A stretch of DNA of 48,789 nucleotides, the filler included, from Sphacelaria rigidula (taxonomy: Eukaryota), in NCBI GenBank assembly GCA_964200075.2. It is 3 parts of 3 records of this genome, joined end to end, with 100 filler letters (N's around TTAATTAATTAA, not from the genome) between each part and the next. Parts side by side here need not be neighbours in the genome. Positions count along the whole stretch, not along the records: positions 32,596 to 48,789 come from CAXNAA020001449.1; 2 more parts are not named here. One strand, given 5' to 3'. A model generated the notes under the pieces. That model made no database searches and was not told where the DNA came from. It saw only the letters and a list, made by a program, of their open reading frames with translations. Each line of letters starts with the position of its first letter. Within the stretch, counting starts at the first letter, position 1. Shown piece by piece: positions 35,211-48,789 of this stretch. Position numbers and translations under genes: made by a program.

Positions 35211-38200
35211 GATCATAAATATACTCCTCCCATCCTACCGTAAAGTACCAGATGGGAAGGGGGGGTTCAGGTGGGGGTCGCCGTCTTGCGCCAACATCAT
35301 ATCCATCGGACTCTTCTTTGGAACCTTCTCTCTGAACCCCAACTATAGGATTTTAAATATGGATCTACGTAGCTATTTGGCTCGGCTGACTCACACCGGC
35401 CACAGTTCTGGTTCCCAAACCGTTCCTTTCGGTACATCGTACTGAACCGTACCGGCCCCGACACCCGGACCATTCCAGTCGACGCCTCGTTCCGAACAGT
35501 ACTTGCTCCTAATATACCTTGTAGAGCTTGTTACTCGGATAGAGACAACACCGAGGGAAGAGGTAGAAAGCTTGCGATCGTTTTTTTGCCACCATTGGAA
35601 AAGCGGGAGCTCGGCGTTTTTTGTTTCAGGGACTACCAGGAACAGGTACAATTTTTACCAGATTCGGTGGACCGCTAAAGTCCAGGCGAAGCAGCGGCGC
35701 TGAAAACGACGCCAAAAGTTGTATTTGCGGCGTTTGTCACCATTACCACGTATACTGCTATTTCATCCGGTAACATGGCCCGTACGCGAACGTTCTGTAC
35801 GGTGGAGCAGCTTGCAGCTGTTTCTTGCTAACAACGTCAAGGTATGATTGAAAATTCTATTCGGCTGGTCTGAACGTCATATATAATTCAACACCGGTGA
35901 AGGTATGTCCAACTGTAAAGTTTCCTCTTCACGTTGAGGATACTTGAACATATGCTCAGCATCAAGTATTTCCGATTCTACGCAGAAGTGTCGAAACCTG
36001 TAGGAGATCCAAATGCTCTACAACGCTTCGGAAAGTCGCCCTGAACTTGACAGACATCTTACAAGGTCCGACGAAGTCGCTCCAAACATGACAAGATACC
36101 CGAGAACATGTGGGGAAGTCGTTTTAAAATAGATATAGTTTGCCATAGTTGGGTTATGTTATGCCAGCCCGACCATTATTCTACGAATATTTTACAACTA
36201 CTTGGCTTTACGCTCTACATATCGGCACTGTGTCCTGTTCCGTCGTACGTGTTGGCGATTCCACACCACACCTGCTTGTATGCGTCTCGCAGTAGGTCAT
36301 TCAGCTCGCGAGCTTGAATATTGCGCCGCCGCACGCCAGCCTCCTCCCCTTCTTCCTCCTCATCAACAAGCGGTGGCTCGAAGTCCTCGTCACCATCGTC
36401 GTCCTGACATAAAACATTGCAAATGAAAAAATGGCGACAGATGTTTGAGAAAAGACGTCACCTCGACCACTTCACGTGTCTCTGTGATGGACCATCACTT
36501 CTTTGGGTGGGCCCAGGTGACTACAATGTTGGGGAGTGTGGCGATGCCGCTGGGTGGTTGCGGCACGGCAAGTGGGGTCGGTGGGATAAAGACGGGTTGC
36601 GACGGGGCTGCAGTGCATGAAAACCTGATGTAAAGTTTGTATGAGCGAACGAGCACCTTTGTATGTGAGGGGCAGTTGCCGGTTGCCAGGAAGGTCCCGA
36701 CCATAATGATACGTGGTATGTCGGGGTACTGCTACACCGAGCGTGCTGATGGTCAGTAATAGCGATATCATAGGTGCATATGCCAGGGCACGCACTCAAA
36801 ACATGTTAATTTTCGTTTTTTCTCGCACTCTGCACCCCAGTGCAGGACGCGTGCACGGTAGAACGGTTCAGTATGATGATCATCTGCGCGGCCCTTTTCT
36901 ACCCAATTCCTGACCTCAGGCGAACTTGTCTCGTTTCTTGATACTGCAAAAAACGAATTCGCAGTTTGCAGCTATTTTTCATGATGGCGTACCTCAGTCA
37001 AGCGAATTTATGTCCTCCAGCAATGAACCACGCTACGCCGACCGCGTCTACGCAAGTGCCTTATGTTGGGTATATCAAACCACCTTTGATGCGCGGGCAC
37101 GGCTGACACGATTTTGGTATCGGCGTAGTGTATCGGTTTGACTTGTTCACAGGCAACTATTCACGTATGTTACATTCCCGCAGTTTTTACGAGGCGAATT
37201 AGTTGCACCCGCTCTACCCAACGGCAGATAGCAGGCAAATTGAGCACTTGCACGAGCTCCTCATTTCAACGCTGTTTACAGGCAACCATCCCCTACTTGT
37301 ACGGCGCGTTCTACGGTGGTTTCACGTGTCGGCAGCATCACAATTGTAGCTGTGCGAAGGCACAACAAGCTGCGAATTTGCGTGTGCTCGATCTCACAAG
37401 GTAGGAGGTCGTGGGTGCTTTGCTTGAAAAATGGCAGCAACCTTTTTTAACTCACAAAAAAGTGAGTAGAATTTACGCCAAGTCGTCGACAAGAGCTCAC
37501 CGTTGAATTGTTGTTGAAGGTTTTAGAGTGGACCCAAATATTCAGATCTCGAGAGGGCTGAAAGTTTCAAGTGCTCGCCAGCGTGCACAGCGGCATCGAC
37601 TCGAGCTCTACCAATGTACACTGTACATCAGGGTTGCAGCGCCGTCTACACAGAACAACAAAGGGACTCATATGACATAGGCTCGGTCTCACGAAAGGGG
37701 GGCGTGGGTGCTGCATGTGCGCATGTTAGATAAACAGCAACAACTTTGACCTGCCCAACCGTTCGCCTGAAAAAAGACTGGGTATGGTCCGTCCAGGACG
37801 ATTGTTTAATTTTGTTTTCTAACCATCGTTTGGAATAAAAACGAATCATGATGTGAAACAATAATGTCCGTGACGGGGGGATCAAGCTACGTCTTACACC
37901 GTGTAGTTTTGATGTAGGAGAACTAGCCCTGACCCTAACCCCAAAGGCATACCGAGAACCCTTGGGCAAGGGGGGTGCAAAGTGTTCACTAGTCGAAGCG
38001 TGCGGTGCCAGACTCCAACCGGGGCCCAAGGCGCCGATTTAGACAAAAACAAGTTCTGCGCACGCTAGGAGCACGCTAGGAGCACAGCCCCCTTTAAAGA
38101 CCGGGATTTCGGTGTCCACACTAAAATCAAGTTGGACTAACTTACTCTCCCGAATGGTGAAATATACTGCGTCATCAAAACGGTACAAAATACAGCATCA

Positions 38201-40499
38201 AGTCGTCGGCCCACTTTTGCTGAAGCCACATGGCACCGAAGCCCCATTCATGTCTTCCGGTGGATCCCTCCGTCTTGACACACGCGTCTGTTGTAATCGG
38301 CACTAGTCGGTGACGCACGTGACGACGGTTTGTTTCCATTCCCTCGTGAGACACGAAAACCTTCGGAGTCCGATTAAATATTTGACCGCGAGGGTAAGCC
38401 ACCTGCTGAATCGGCATCAATATTCAGTTGAAAAAAGTATGCGTCATCCAGAAGGACTATCCGCACCGCGGTCTAAGGTCATCTGTCGAATCGGCATGAG
38501 TTTCACTCGAAGAAAGTATGATCCAGATTGACTAGCCCCCTCGAGGTCTAGGGGTTACACGTTCATGAAATGAGAAGCCATGTCTACGGAATTTACAAAT
38601 ACACTTGCACAAGGCGAGTCACTCATCCGCCGAAAATCGTGAGACGATGGCATTCGATTAATCATGCTCCTCAAAACATGACGAGGTGGTCGACCAACAT
38701 CCGCCCAGCCCACATCATGCACCCGGCGACTGTACTCCACTCGTCTGTGCAAGGGACGCCCTCGTCGAAGTTCATCGGTACATATGGCTCTGTCGCATGT
38801 TGAGCACATGATGTTGGCCCAATTCCAATCCACATTCCCCCAAAACAGTTATGCGATTACCTTCATGTCCATTTTCTACGCAAACAGCACGGACACACCA
38901 CAAATGACTGCATTGTCCTACCCCTAACCGAAAAAGCACGCCTTGGACCGTCATCCCTCGACATCGCTTGAGGATGATGTCCCGTCTGATGAATCCCACT
39001 CGCTACAGTCTAAGCTTGTCCAAGCAAGGCAAAAATGTGCTGGTCGTCCTACTTATGCCGGGATTCCTTGCTGCGCGGTCCTATGAAAAAACCGCTCTCC
39101 AAGTCGCGTGTGATAGAAATGTGCAGTATGTGCAATAGACAACCTACACGTGCTACAAATATGTGGCTCTGAGGGTTCGTCGTCTGGGGTAGGTGCAGGG
39201 GCACTTCGTGCTGCTGGTGGTTCAGCATCCTGGTTTTGCGGACCCCCTAGAAGCGATGTGCAAAGTTAGCGGCGTCGCCTGGCATATTCTTAGTGTGACC
39301 AAAGCGATAGACATTATTCGCCAACACTTCAGTAGAGTATTTCGCGTGCTACGTGCGCAACTGCGACTGCTGGGACGACGAGACGTGGACTACGACGCAA
39401 GACGGGGTCAACAGCATTTACGTATCCGCTGCCTTGCGGTTGCTTTTGTTTCTCCGGTCCATTCATGTTTGCCTTCAACCATGATTTCCATTGTTGTTCC
39501 TCATATATTGCATGCCACTGCGTCGTTTTTCGTCCGCGCTTGCGATACGCTGGAATGCCAGCGTCAGCCAGATTGAGGTTCTGATTTTAGAATGCAGTCC
39601 GCTGTTTCTCGATGTGAATTTTGGGTTTATGTCGTTCTATTTCGATGACGTAAAGCGCGTTTTACCCCACGAGCCCGGATAGGCCGCAAGAGTTGGTCTA
39701 TTCGTGATTTTGGTCGGTGACATTCTTTTTGCTCATTTCGGGGGGTTAGGCGCACCCATTACTGTCAACGTCATCCCCGTCGTTTTCTTGTATGAGAACA
39801 CCACCGCCGTCGACAAAAACCCCACCGCAGCTTCAACACCATTTACTCATGTGGGCAGCTCACAGCAACCAAGGTTCCAACAGGGAGTGTGTTTCGTATT
39901 TTCGTCAATGAAACGGGGCGTGGCTATTCGCCGTAGAGGGGGCGCGGGTGATGAGTTAAGAAAACTGCGTCATGCACTCAACTTTCCGTCAAGAATCGCC
40001 CCAGAGGATTTTCCGATTTGTGCATTGCGTACATCTGATTGACTGAATCGGTTGCATACGATTGGCCAGAGGTGGTCACCATGAAAACATATATACAATC
40101 CACTCGCTTTTAAAGTTGTGGCCCGCCATGCCGAGTGTCAAAACACTGGGGTAGTCTGGAACTGCAACCGACGTATTCTTAGACTGGACAGTATCGTATA
40201 CCATCGTGGCTGAATATCGTGATGTTGGCTTGAAAACCGGCTGCTCCGACTGCAGCGCACAACAGGAAGATCGATTGAGCACGCCCACTCGACTGAATGT
40301 AACATACAGGAGTGGACCCAACCTTCTGCCGCCCGACGTCAGTTAAAATGAATGGCATGGCGGCTTTGTCATTATATAGCCAAGCCCGTATGAAGTTCGG
40401 CCAATTCACACTCGCAATTTCAATTCAGGCTTCAACTACTTCTATTTGTGGCTGTCTGAACACGTGTACATTGTTTGAAGGGGGGCACACTGTAGAGTA

Positions 40500-41060
40500 G
40501 AGGGTGTATCGTGTGTAGCGAGGGAGCACTGCAGCCAACACGAAGTCCTTCAACCTACACTAGCCACAGATGCCGCAAGTGCCTCAGGTACCTCCACAGC
40601 ATATGTGATTTGCATGACACCGGCGGCTACAACGAGCTCCAACGGGTGCGTGAGGCGACGTGCGCGCCCGCGGTAGGAAGCAACGGCAGCGTGAGGCCAA
40701 CGCCGACAACATCGGCGAGCTTGCCCGGCGACGGCAACAAAGGCCAAAAGGCCGATGGAGTTGCCAGCATGCTTGGCGGCGACGACAGTATTGGTGACAA
40801 GGCCGGCGGGAAACCATAAGCGCACAACTGAACTATAACCCAAGGTTCCTCGATCTGCTCAGTAGGTCGATGAAGCAAGTTGCGGTGGCGAAGGAGCCTG
40901 GGCTCACCGAGAACGGCAAGACTGATCAAACGCAACGGGGAGACCATCACCAAGATTCTCGCCCCGCCGCCGTACGCGAACGTAGCAGACCATCCCAGTA
41001 ACGTCGAGGGAACAGTCACGAAGTACTCCACAGTGGAACTGTCGTTATACCTTCAGAAGC
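40500..41060 (+). mobile_element. Possible decayed DNA-transposase 5' remnant (Cys/His finger followed by a pogo/CENP-B-like HTH region)
   Basis: HRCRKCLRYLHSIC...ELQRV..C cluster followed by RTARLIKRNGETITK...KYSTVEL; frameshifted; assignment from recalled pattern only. Confidence 0.3.
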
Positions 41061-41779
41061 CGAAAATGGCGTGGATGAGGGCTCATTGTCAGGGAACCGG
41101 TCGCCGGAGTGGTATCTACACTTTTCTCAGCAAGTGGACGGTGGTACCACCACTTACACAAAGAAATGTAAACTTGGATTTTCCGAGCTTCGAAAATGAG
41201 GACCTGAACGTTTGGGGAAAGGTGTGCATTAAACCGTTCGAAAGTCATCACTGGCGTAGTATTTGCTCCTTCTGTTTCACGGAGGTAGGCCCCTCTGAAT
41301 ATCCGAGAACAAGTCCTCCTTTTATTTTAGAGTTAAAAAACTACCCTCATGGTGGCCTTCTACTTGTCGACTTGCGCCCCCCGTCGAAACTAGAGGTCCT
41401 ACTCCTCAATCCTCAAGCCAAATATCGAAGACGTTTAGATTCCCAAGGCCGTGGGAATCCGACATATTTTCGCACGCACTTTCTGTTCAATAACTTCTTG
41501 CCGCAACATTCGAACTGCGACGAATTTATCGTCGAAACAGGGACCGGTGTTCTCGCCTTGATGTCAGCTACACGCCGACCAATTTTAAGCGCAACAGGGC
41601 ATTGTTTTTCGTCGCATTTTGAACCCCTCCCTTTCCTTGGAACGAGTTCGTGGTCTCACGGGATCATCCCATCTCTCCCCCGGTACACGCCTTGCATTTT
41701 GGTCTCGCGGATTGGATCATGACCATCAGCACTCCCGCACCGCGTCAACTCACGTCAAACAAAATCAGTCAACTACTTT

Positions 41780-41910
41780 GTATACTCACGTTCTCACGCT
41801 TTCCACGGTGAACATCAGACATTACGAATGAAAAACCCAACGCAACGGGAATCGAAACACCGTGCTCTCCACCCTAATGGCGACAGTCGGATCATTACAC
41901 CACTGGGGCG
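41780..41910 (-). mobile_element. Degenerate tRNA-derived SINE-like fragment
   Basis: Minus strand reads gccccagtggtgtaatg (A-box-like) ... gtttcgattcccg (B-box-like); no complete cloverleaf. Confidence 0.45.
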
Positions 41911-44341
41911 CGGCATGAATTGGAGTATCCCGGTTCTTTTACCAACCACCACCAACGGCTAGCACCAGAAGGTCGTATTGGTGTCCCAGGATGACGATAT
42001 GATGACGGTGCTGGGATGACCGATCAGAGCGCGCGGCGCAGCCCTAGTTAAGTTTACCGTAGGAGGGACCCTACTTTTTGCTGTTGCTGGTCTTTTTAGG
42101 TCGGAGGAACTGTTTCGGGTAATGTGGTGGAATCAGTCTACAAGGAAAATGGCTGTTGGTTGCGAGGGTCTTGAAGGAATAGATCGGTCTGTGGGCTCGC
42201 GCATCACAGGTACAGGATATTGCTACTGCCGCGCTCGGGCCGACGTCCTGTGCTTTACTTGATTGTTGTGATTTAGGCACAGTACATTTGTTGCTCCGAT
42301 GGAGAGGATCACGCGGTGGGAACAAAGGGACTAAATACAACCCTTGACCCCTTCGGTATCGGACACCTCTAGGGTGTCGATTTCGAATGGTTGTTCAACG
42401 CAAGTATACGTGACTATGATGCCTCCCTGTTTCCATCGCATACATCGACCCGCATGCAGGATTTTCACACCTGCGCAATCGTGGAATTTTTGAAAATGGA
42501 ACGCGTGGTTGATCACCCCGCTGTCTCTCGTACACATGTACACAAGTGCAAAAACGCCAGTCAAATCACTACGTACACAAGACAGTCAGTAGTAGTATAC
42601 CCTCTCGCAGTAGTAGTCTCCTGCAATAGCGCATTCAGCCATATCAATACGACGAGTTTGGCTGGCGTTGCTAACCCCAAGCTGCAGTTTTGTTTTTTGC
42701 TATCTTGCATGGGAAAGAAATGAGACCAACTCTTGTGGGACCCGTTCCAAAAATCGAAATCGCTCCCGATTTTGGACCGCTGATTAAAAAAACATTTGTG
42801 GAAACAAAATCAGTGACAATTTCGAACAAAAGACGCCTTCCACGATATCACCTCCAAAAAAAACAGTCCACAAATGACACGAAGAGAATGGTCATACAGC
42901 GCCTGATGTTTGGTTTCAGGCTGCATGAAGCGCCTCAAATGGGCGACATAGGCGAAAACGAGTCCAAGCGTTGGAATTCCCAGCTGCTCGTTGTGTCCAG
43001 CTTTTTTCATGCCGATTTATGTGTAGATTTTGCCTCCCCAAACCAGCCACTTTTTGTGGGGGGGCTATCGTAGAAAGTGTAAAAAATGACCCCCAAAGTT
43101 TTGAAAAGACTCCTGAATTTTGGCCTGGCATTCACGAGCGGAACCCGATTCTGAACACCAAGCGAAAATGGAGGATCCGTTGAAAAGCAAGCGAAAAAGT
43201 AAAATATGGGGCATGTCATGTTCACTGTACTGCAGTGCAAACGCACTCACCAGTGTTACGCCCGATTTAGTGTCACGTTCTTCATCACCACCCCAAACAC
43301 AAGACGCGACGGAGTCGAGGAAATAGACAGAGCACAACATAACTATGTGATACACAGCTGTAGGTGTGTCTGAAGCGATGTCCTCAACGCAGTCTGGCTC
43401 GATTCTACCCAGAACGACGCACAAACCAGCGGTGAAAACCACTTCCAAAGCAGCTTAGACAGGTGTGAAGATTGGTACACGCCAAAAAGTCATCTTCCAG
43501 TATGCCCGTTCGACACTCGATCGAAGACCATCGACACTGCACGTACATCAGCGAGTCGAAATTCTACAGACATCACGTGACAGGGTATTTCAATATTCGC
43601 AGTACGTGACCATCAATTCACCCCGATATTTTCATCTGCGGCAAGGGTCTGTGCTGTCAGAACCTGGAGGGCAGGTGAACACGCATCTCAGGTACATAGA
43701 GCAACTTGATTTATTTCTACAGCCACTATGTGTATCGAGGTATTGTCATCTGGGTGAGAGGTGTTGGGATATGTTAGATGTGGTATGAAAGCGCATCAGA
43801 TCATAAGCGCATCAGATCATAGTTGGTATCCAAAATGAGCAGGCCGTAATTGCGCCGTGTCAGGTGGTTTTCTTTCTCGGAGATATTTTCTCCCGTAGTA
43901 ATACATGCAAACGTTGACGTTACTCGTCAGTAGGAAAGACATGACAAATATGTGCATGTCGTTGTCGCTAAGGTGGTGCGTGAAGCGCGCTTCTAGGATT
44001 GCCGCGTAAGGTGAAGCGCAGGCAAACACACATCCTTGTGTCGTCAGCGAGACCGTAAAGTCTCGGAATCAAAACGGTGATACTGCGGAAATGGCACCGA
44101 TGTTTGATTCAGAAGACAGGCGGTCACATGGACCATTCGGTTAGGTGCAAATGTTTCGGTGTGAAGCATCTCGAAACAGAGAAGGATGAAGAACATCACC
44201 CGATGTTTTTTCCCAACGTTCAGCACAACGGTCACACCAACGGTTCCCAACAGTTCGCTGGCTGTCAGAACGCAATCTATACCACCCAACAAAGAGAGTC
44301 GACGCGCGTGCGTTGGTAGTGCTGCACAGTATAAAAAAATA

Positions 44342-44920
44342 GGGCAATTACCTAGAAAAGTGTATCTTCTCGTTTTCTGCCCAAGAAAGGTACAAAACCT
44401 GACCAGAAATGCAAAAACAGCAATACACACAATCTAGACGGTTTCCGCTCCGAATTTTTCACGCACTTCAATCGGGGGGCTTCTCGGCACCCGTGCCTCG
44501 GAAAAAACAGATGATAAACATATTGCTCGCGATATAGGGTCATGCGCGAAAGGACGTCTCGCCTCGAGAAAGCGATGGCCCAGGACAGGTACTTTCTCGG
44601 CTGACTGGTGGCCCAGATGAGGTATGATTTGAAAATAATTTCTGGATCAGGTATACCTGGTTGATATTTGGCCTAGGAAGGGGAAGTGGTTTCTCGAGGC
44701 GAGACGCCCTTTCGCGCATGGCCATATATCAAGAGCAACATTTTTGTCATGTGTTTTTTCCCGAGGCCCGGGTGTCAGGGAGCCCCCCGATCGAAGTGCG
44801 TGAAAATTCCGGAGCGAAAACAGTCTAGATTGTGTGTATTGCTGTTTTCGCATTTCTGGTCAGTTTTTGTACCTTTCTTGGGCAGAAACGAGAAGGTATA
44901 CCTTTTTTAGATAATTATCC
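44342..44920. mobile_element. ~580-bp MITE/foldback element with ~230-bp TIRs
   Basis: ttctgcccaagaaaggtacaaaacctgaccagaaatgcaaaaacagcaatacacacaatctagac / gtctagattgtgtgtattgctgttttcgcatttctggtcagtttttgtacctttcttgggcagaa. Confidence 0.88.
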
Positions 44921-46129
44921 TGAAAAATATCAAGTTGGGTACCATGGTTTGGTTCACACTGTGTCGTTTGGCGTCGATACACTCATCCGACTGAGTCAAT
45001 ATTTAGCCTCACGCACGCGCAGCGATTTGCCCAAGGGCGTCGCCAGACCACCCCCCACACACTTGTGCACTCAAGGGCGCAGAGCACCATGCACGAATCA
45101 CGATCACTACGTACACGACGCACGGTTGATAACTATCTCCCAGAGAAGGTACGCTGGAATTGTGCAGATCTTTACGTGTAAATTTTCAACAGGAAGAATG
45201 CCTGAAAAAATTCCAACAGGCTCGGCCGTTGACCGCCTCCAATGCCAAGTCCTCTTTCCGACCTACTATATCCGGAACCTGTAACTCCAATGCAGACCCC
45301 GGTTTAATACTTGGACCGGCGGTGGATGGAGCCATCTGGTCTACCGTCGCAACAATTGCGACTGATCGGATCTGGTACCGGATCCGATCCCCCTACCCAC
45401 CACCCCACCGTCGTCACGCCAACACGACTCCCGATCATGAGTACTATGAACAGCTGCCCCCGACGTGTTGCTCGCTCCATTCGCCTCGCTCCTTCGACGG
45501 TACGCCGTGGACTCGCCCCTTCCATCATTCGCCGTGAATCCGCCCCTACCATCTTGAGATCGGCCGCGTGCACCGCTATTTCCACCGCCGGTATCACAAG
45601 TAGGAGTCGCGCGGGTCGCTCGTGAAGGGGAAGGGGGCAAGAAGCAGAGGCCCTTGAAATCACAGCTCAGCGTGCAGTTCCCTAAACACCTGCACTCTCG
45701 GCAGCATCTGTAACTTCTTTGCGCGGCCTTTGGTTTGATCTCCGCCGGTGATTGTCTATACTGCTGTACTGTTGTTGTGTCCCCGTCCGTACGAGAATTG
45801 TAGTCGACACGCAGTCCTCATTGGACACTGTCGCAAGCATGGTGGTGTATTTGGCCGTTGGGTCTTTTGTAAAGACAAGGCGACGAAAAGTGTAGTCGAT
45901 ACGCAGTCCGTTATCGACAGCGAAGCTTTCCTGCTTTGTTTTAGTTGGTGTTTTTGTGTTCAAGCGGAGGCTGAGAAGATGATTATTCAACATGTGTACC
46001 GGCAGCGGTGCAGTTGCCGGTGCAGTATAGCAACTGCACGAGAAGTATCAAGCAGACGTTTTCGGCGCTGGTCCCGGCGAGGAGGTTGGCGGAGAGACAG
46101 GGAATACGTGGTCAATCGCCAGTTACTGT

Positions 46130-47510
46130 GTGATTGCAGGCATGAAAAGTGATGAATGTAACGAATGTTACCGATTACGCGCAAGAAACATAGACCCGAT
46201 TTTGAGTCTCCGCGGTACAATATTTGACGCATTTTTGTCGACGCATTACAAAAAAACCCAAAGACACGCCGCTTCCGGCGGGCGGATCGGCGGGGAGACG
46301 AGCAGAAATACGTGACGACCATCGACCGACATTGTGTGCGTGCAGCCGTCGAACATGTGATCAATGTGATGAACGGTACCGACTGCGCCACGACAAACCT
46401 GGACCTGAGTTCGAGTTTCTGTAGAGCACTTTTCAACTTTCAGTTTATGTCGTCGCATGTGAGTGTGTGTGTTGTCATCCCATCTATTCTGGACGCCAGT
46501 CTAAACCTTTCGGTATATGTGAGCGCATTATTCGGGGTCACACAGGAGGAACGGCAACGCACGAGTTTTTCTTTATTTTTTCTTTTGTTTTAGTACGCCA
46601 CCTTCCTTCTACGGCGCTTGCCTTATTTTTTTCATCGCAAGAAGGGTTCAGCAGTCCCTTTCCCTCGTCGACCGTGAGGTCGAGTTTTGTTTACTCACGA
46701 CATGATCGCTCTTCACTGTTGGGCATTGTGTGAGAAAAATCCCAGATCGTGTGACTGCACCGAGCGAGATTCGAACCCACGACCCAACGGTCAGAAGGTT
46801 TCGAGGTTACCAACTGAGCCACCCGGGCGACCGGCTTATATGGCAAAACACAAAAGCGACTCCTGGTGTAAAAAAACTGTGTTCTGATACCGCAACGCTG
46901 ACGGGAAAAAGGAAATTCCCGAGACAGGACTCGATCTCGACCCCCGGTGCGAACAAGACGTGTTCTACTTCAGCACGACGAGCAGAGAAAAAAAGCGCCC
47001 ATGCGAGGGCTCGAACCCGAGCGTAACTGTGTGCTTGCAGCCGTCGAACATGTGATCAGTGTGATGAACGGTACCGACTGCGCCACGACAAATCTGGACC
47101 CGAGTTCGCGTCTCGGTAGAGCACTTTTCAGTTTTTAGTTATTGCCGTCGCATGACAAAAAACAAAGAAGACTCCCGGTACAGAAAACTGTGTCCTAATA
47201 CCATGACAACAACGGGGAAAACATTCCTGAGCCAGGACTCTAACTCGATCCCTGGTGTGAAGAAAACTTGTTCTACTTAAGCACCACGAGCGGGGGGGGG
47301 AAGCGCCCGCTTCCAGCCGCGGCAGAGCACTTTTTAATTTACATTTTTTGTCGTCGAATGACAAAAAACAAAAACCTATCCCGGGGTAGAAAAATAGTTC
47401 TTATACCTCAACACGAACGAGGGGAAAAAATGCCCGAGCCAGGACCCGAACTCGACCTCCGGTGTGACGAAATCGTGTTCTACTCAAGCACCACGAGTGG
47501 GAAATAGAAT
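46130..47510 (+). repeat. Degenerate tandem repeat array (units about 200-310 bp)
   Basis: gcagccgtcgaacatgtgatca.tgtgatgaacggtaccgactgcgccacgacaaa.ctggacc at about 46342 and 47037; acaaaa...cc.gg....gaaaa...ccaggact.gaactcga...ttctact.aagcac.acgag at about 46845, 47155 and 47360. Confidence 0.75.
46459..46835 (-). mobile_element. tRNA-derived SINE, ~375 bp, with a (CA)n tail
   Basis: Minus-strand head gccggtcgcccgggTGGCTCAGTTGGtaac...GGTTCGAATCtcgc (Pol III A and B boxes); ends in acacacactca; interrupts a repeat unit that is contiguous at 47029-47300. Confidence 0.8.
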
Positions 47511-48789
47511 CACCCAGGCGAGGATTCGAACCCGGGCCTACGGTCCAGCGGCTGTTAGAATAACCGCGTAGTAATACCTAAACTACCACCCCATGGGCTT
47601 GATCGATACACCAATTTTCCAATTTTTGCCTTGTATAGATACGAGCCTCCGGGCGCGGGCGGGTGCGGGGCAGTAGTATAGTAATTCCAATATAACACGG
47701 GCGGGTGCGGGCAGGTCTTGCAGCGAGCGACATGAACTGGTGATACACCTGCTGTCGAGAGTACCGGAAACCTTGAGTTTGATATGCTGTGGCGTAGTAT
47801 TCAAACCACCGCTCTACCGCACTATTATACGAGTACTGCCGTTCTTTCTGCACTACATTGTACTACGCTTCATAATCTAATCCTCATGCTGCGGTCAGAT
47901 TCTCCCGGACGCAATCGATGCCCACACGTGACAGCGTGCGGAACTGGCTCGCATGCCAACTGCATGCCGGTGCGGTTGGTCGAATTTCTGTTCGAAAACA
48001 TCGTGGTTGCGTTATCCTTCTCGGCTGTCGAGCAGTCATGCATGCCCGCCGGAAATATTGCAGGATCACAGCCCTGATGCGTCGGTTCGAACGGTCGTGA
48101 ACGCCAGTATATTAATACACTGCTAAATAACAGCACAAAATGTAGAACGAAAGACGCGTACTGGATCCCTTGCACGAGCGTTCGACCGAACAGTCATCCC
48201 CCGCGGCCGGGTGCGGGGGAAGCCGCAAACAAATTTCAGCACAAATGACGTGGACGCCTCCTCGCGAACTATTCTTCGCGCTCGTGAGCGGCAAAAATAT
48301 CACACGTATAAAGTTGACAATTTTACATGATGGCTGAGCAGCCATCATGTCCACTTTAAGTGCTGTTGTTCAGGTACAAACTCTTCGTTGCCTATTTTGT
48401 GTCGTAAGACATGTTCGAGCGAACCGAAGGGCTGCCAGGTGTATAGTGAGTATCTGACGTTCCTAAACTTCCGGAAGGGCTGAAAGAGCCGTAGGTGTCG
48501 GCCAGGCGATCCATGATGGACGTGGTGTTTTACCGGGGGATCCGCGGCAGGTCGGCTCGGAGCTTGCACTGCGGATCGCACGGGGGGACATCCCATCCCT
48601 AACGGGTTCGTTTTTTTATTCAGAATCTACAGTATATTCTGTCTGAGACCAAAAAATCGATTTTCGCGTGCAGGACACGATAGCTACTTGTTATCTATTA
48701 AGATATGATAGCTCATTAGTGTGGGAGATATCCCTTTGCAGTGACATATCAGAGACTGATGTCACACATGTATGCAGACCCAGTGCAAG

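Noticed and set aside
40880..41722. Longest ORF in the track (280 aa) as a real gene
   Set aside because: Non-ATG start, no recognisable domain, appears to run across unrelated repeat fragments; at most its 5' part is a transposase relic.
43400..44300. piggyBac transposase pseudogene as a listed feature
   Set aside because: Only faint, frame-broken motif resemblance and no TTAA-flanked TIRs identified.
46755..46835. Functional tRNA gene
   Set aside because: A and B boxes are present but there is no proper acceptor stem or cloverleaf, and it continues into a SINE body with a (CA)n tail.

Overview
Eukaryotic, intron-rich, repeat-dense DNA whose gene structure and repeat landscape resemble a brown alga (Ectocarpales/Laminariales-like stramenopile; this is inference). 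The window is three contigs joined by artificial 100-nt linkers (N44-TTAATTAATTAA-N44) at 16201-16300 and 32496-32595. Contig 1 (1-16200) carries 10 internal + strand exons (475 codons, no stop) of an FG-GAP/integrin-alpha-like beta-propeller protein with a second domain type inserted twice into propeller loops; both ends of the gene are missing. Contig 2 (16301-32495) carries a complete 11-exon secreted PhoA-family alkaline phosphatase (508 codons including the stop) that resembles alphaproteobacterial enzymes and has an in-frame TGA exactly at the phosphate-binding Arg, so it is most likely a young pseudogene or null allele. Contig 3 (32596-48789) holds a decayed non-LTR retrotransposon, tRNA-derived SINEs, foldback elements and degenerate tandem repeats, with no host gene I can support. 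Other notable structure: LINE copies that end in TGA-GTAC-poly(C) with no 3' UTR or poly(A), several long near-palindromic elements (one nested in a relative), and a hairpin array upstream of the phosphatase. I found no convincing novel multi-gene system; most ORFs in the track are spurious.
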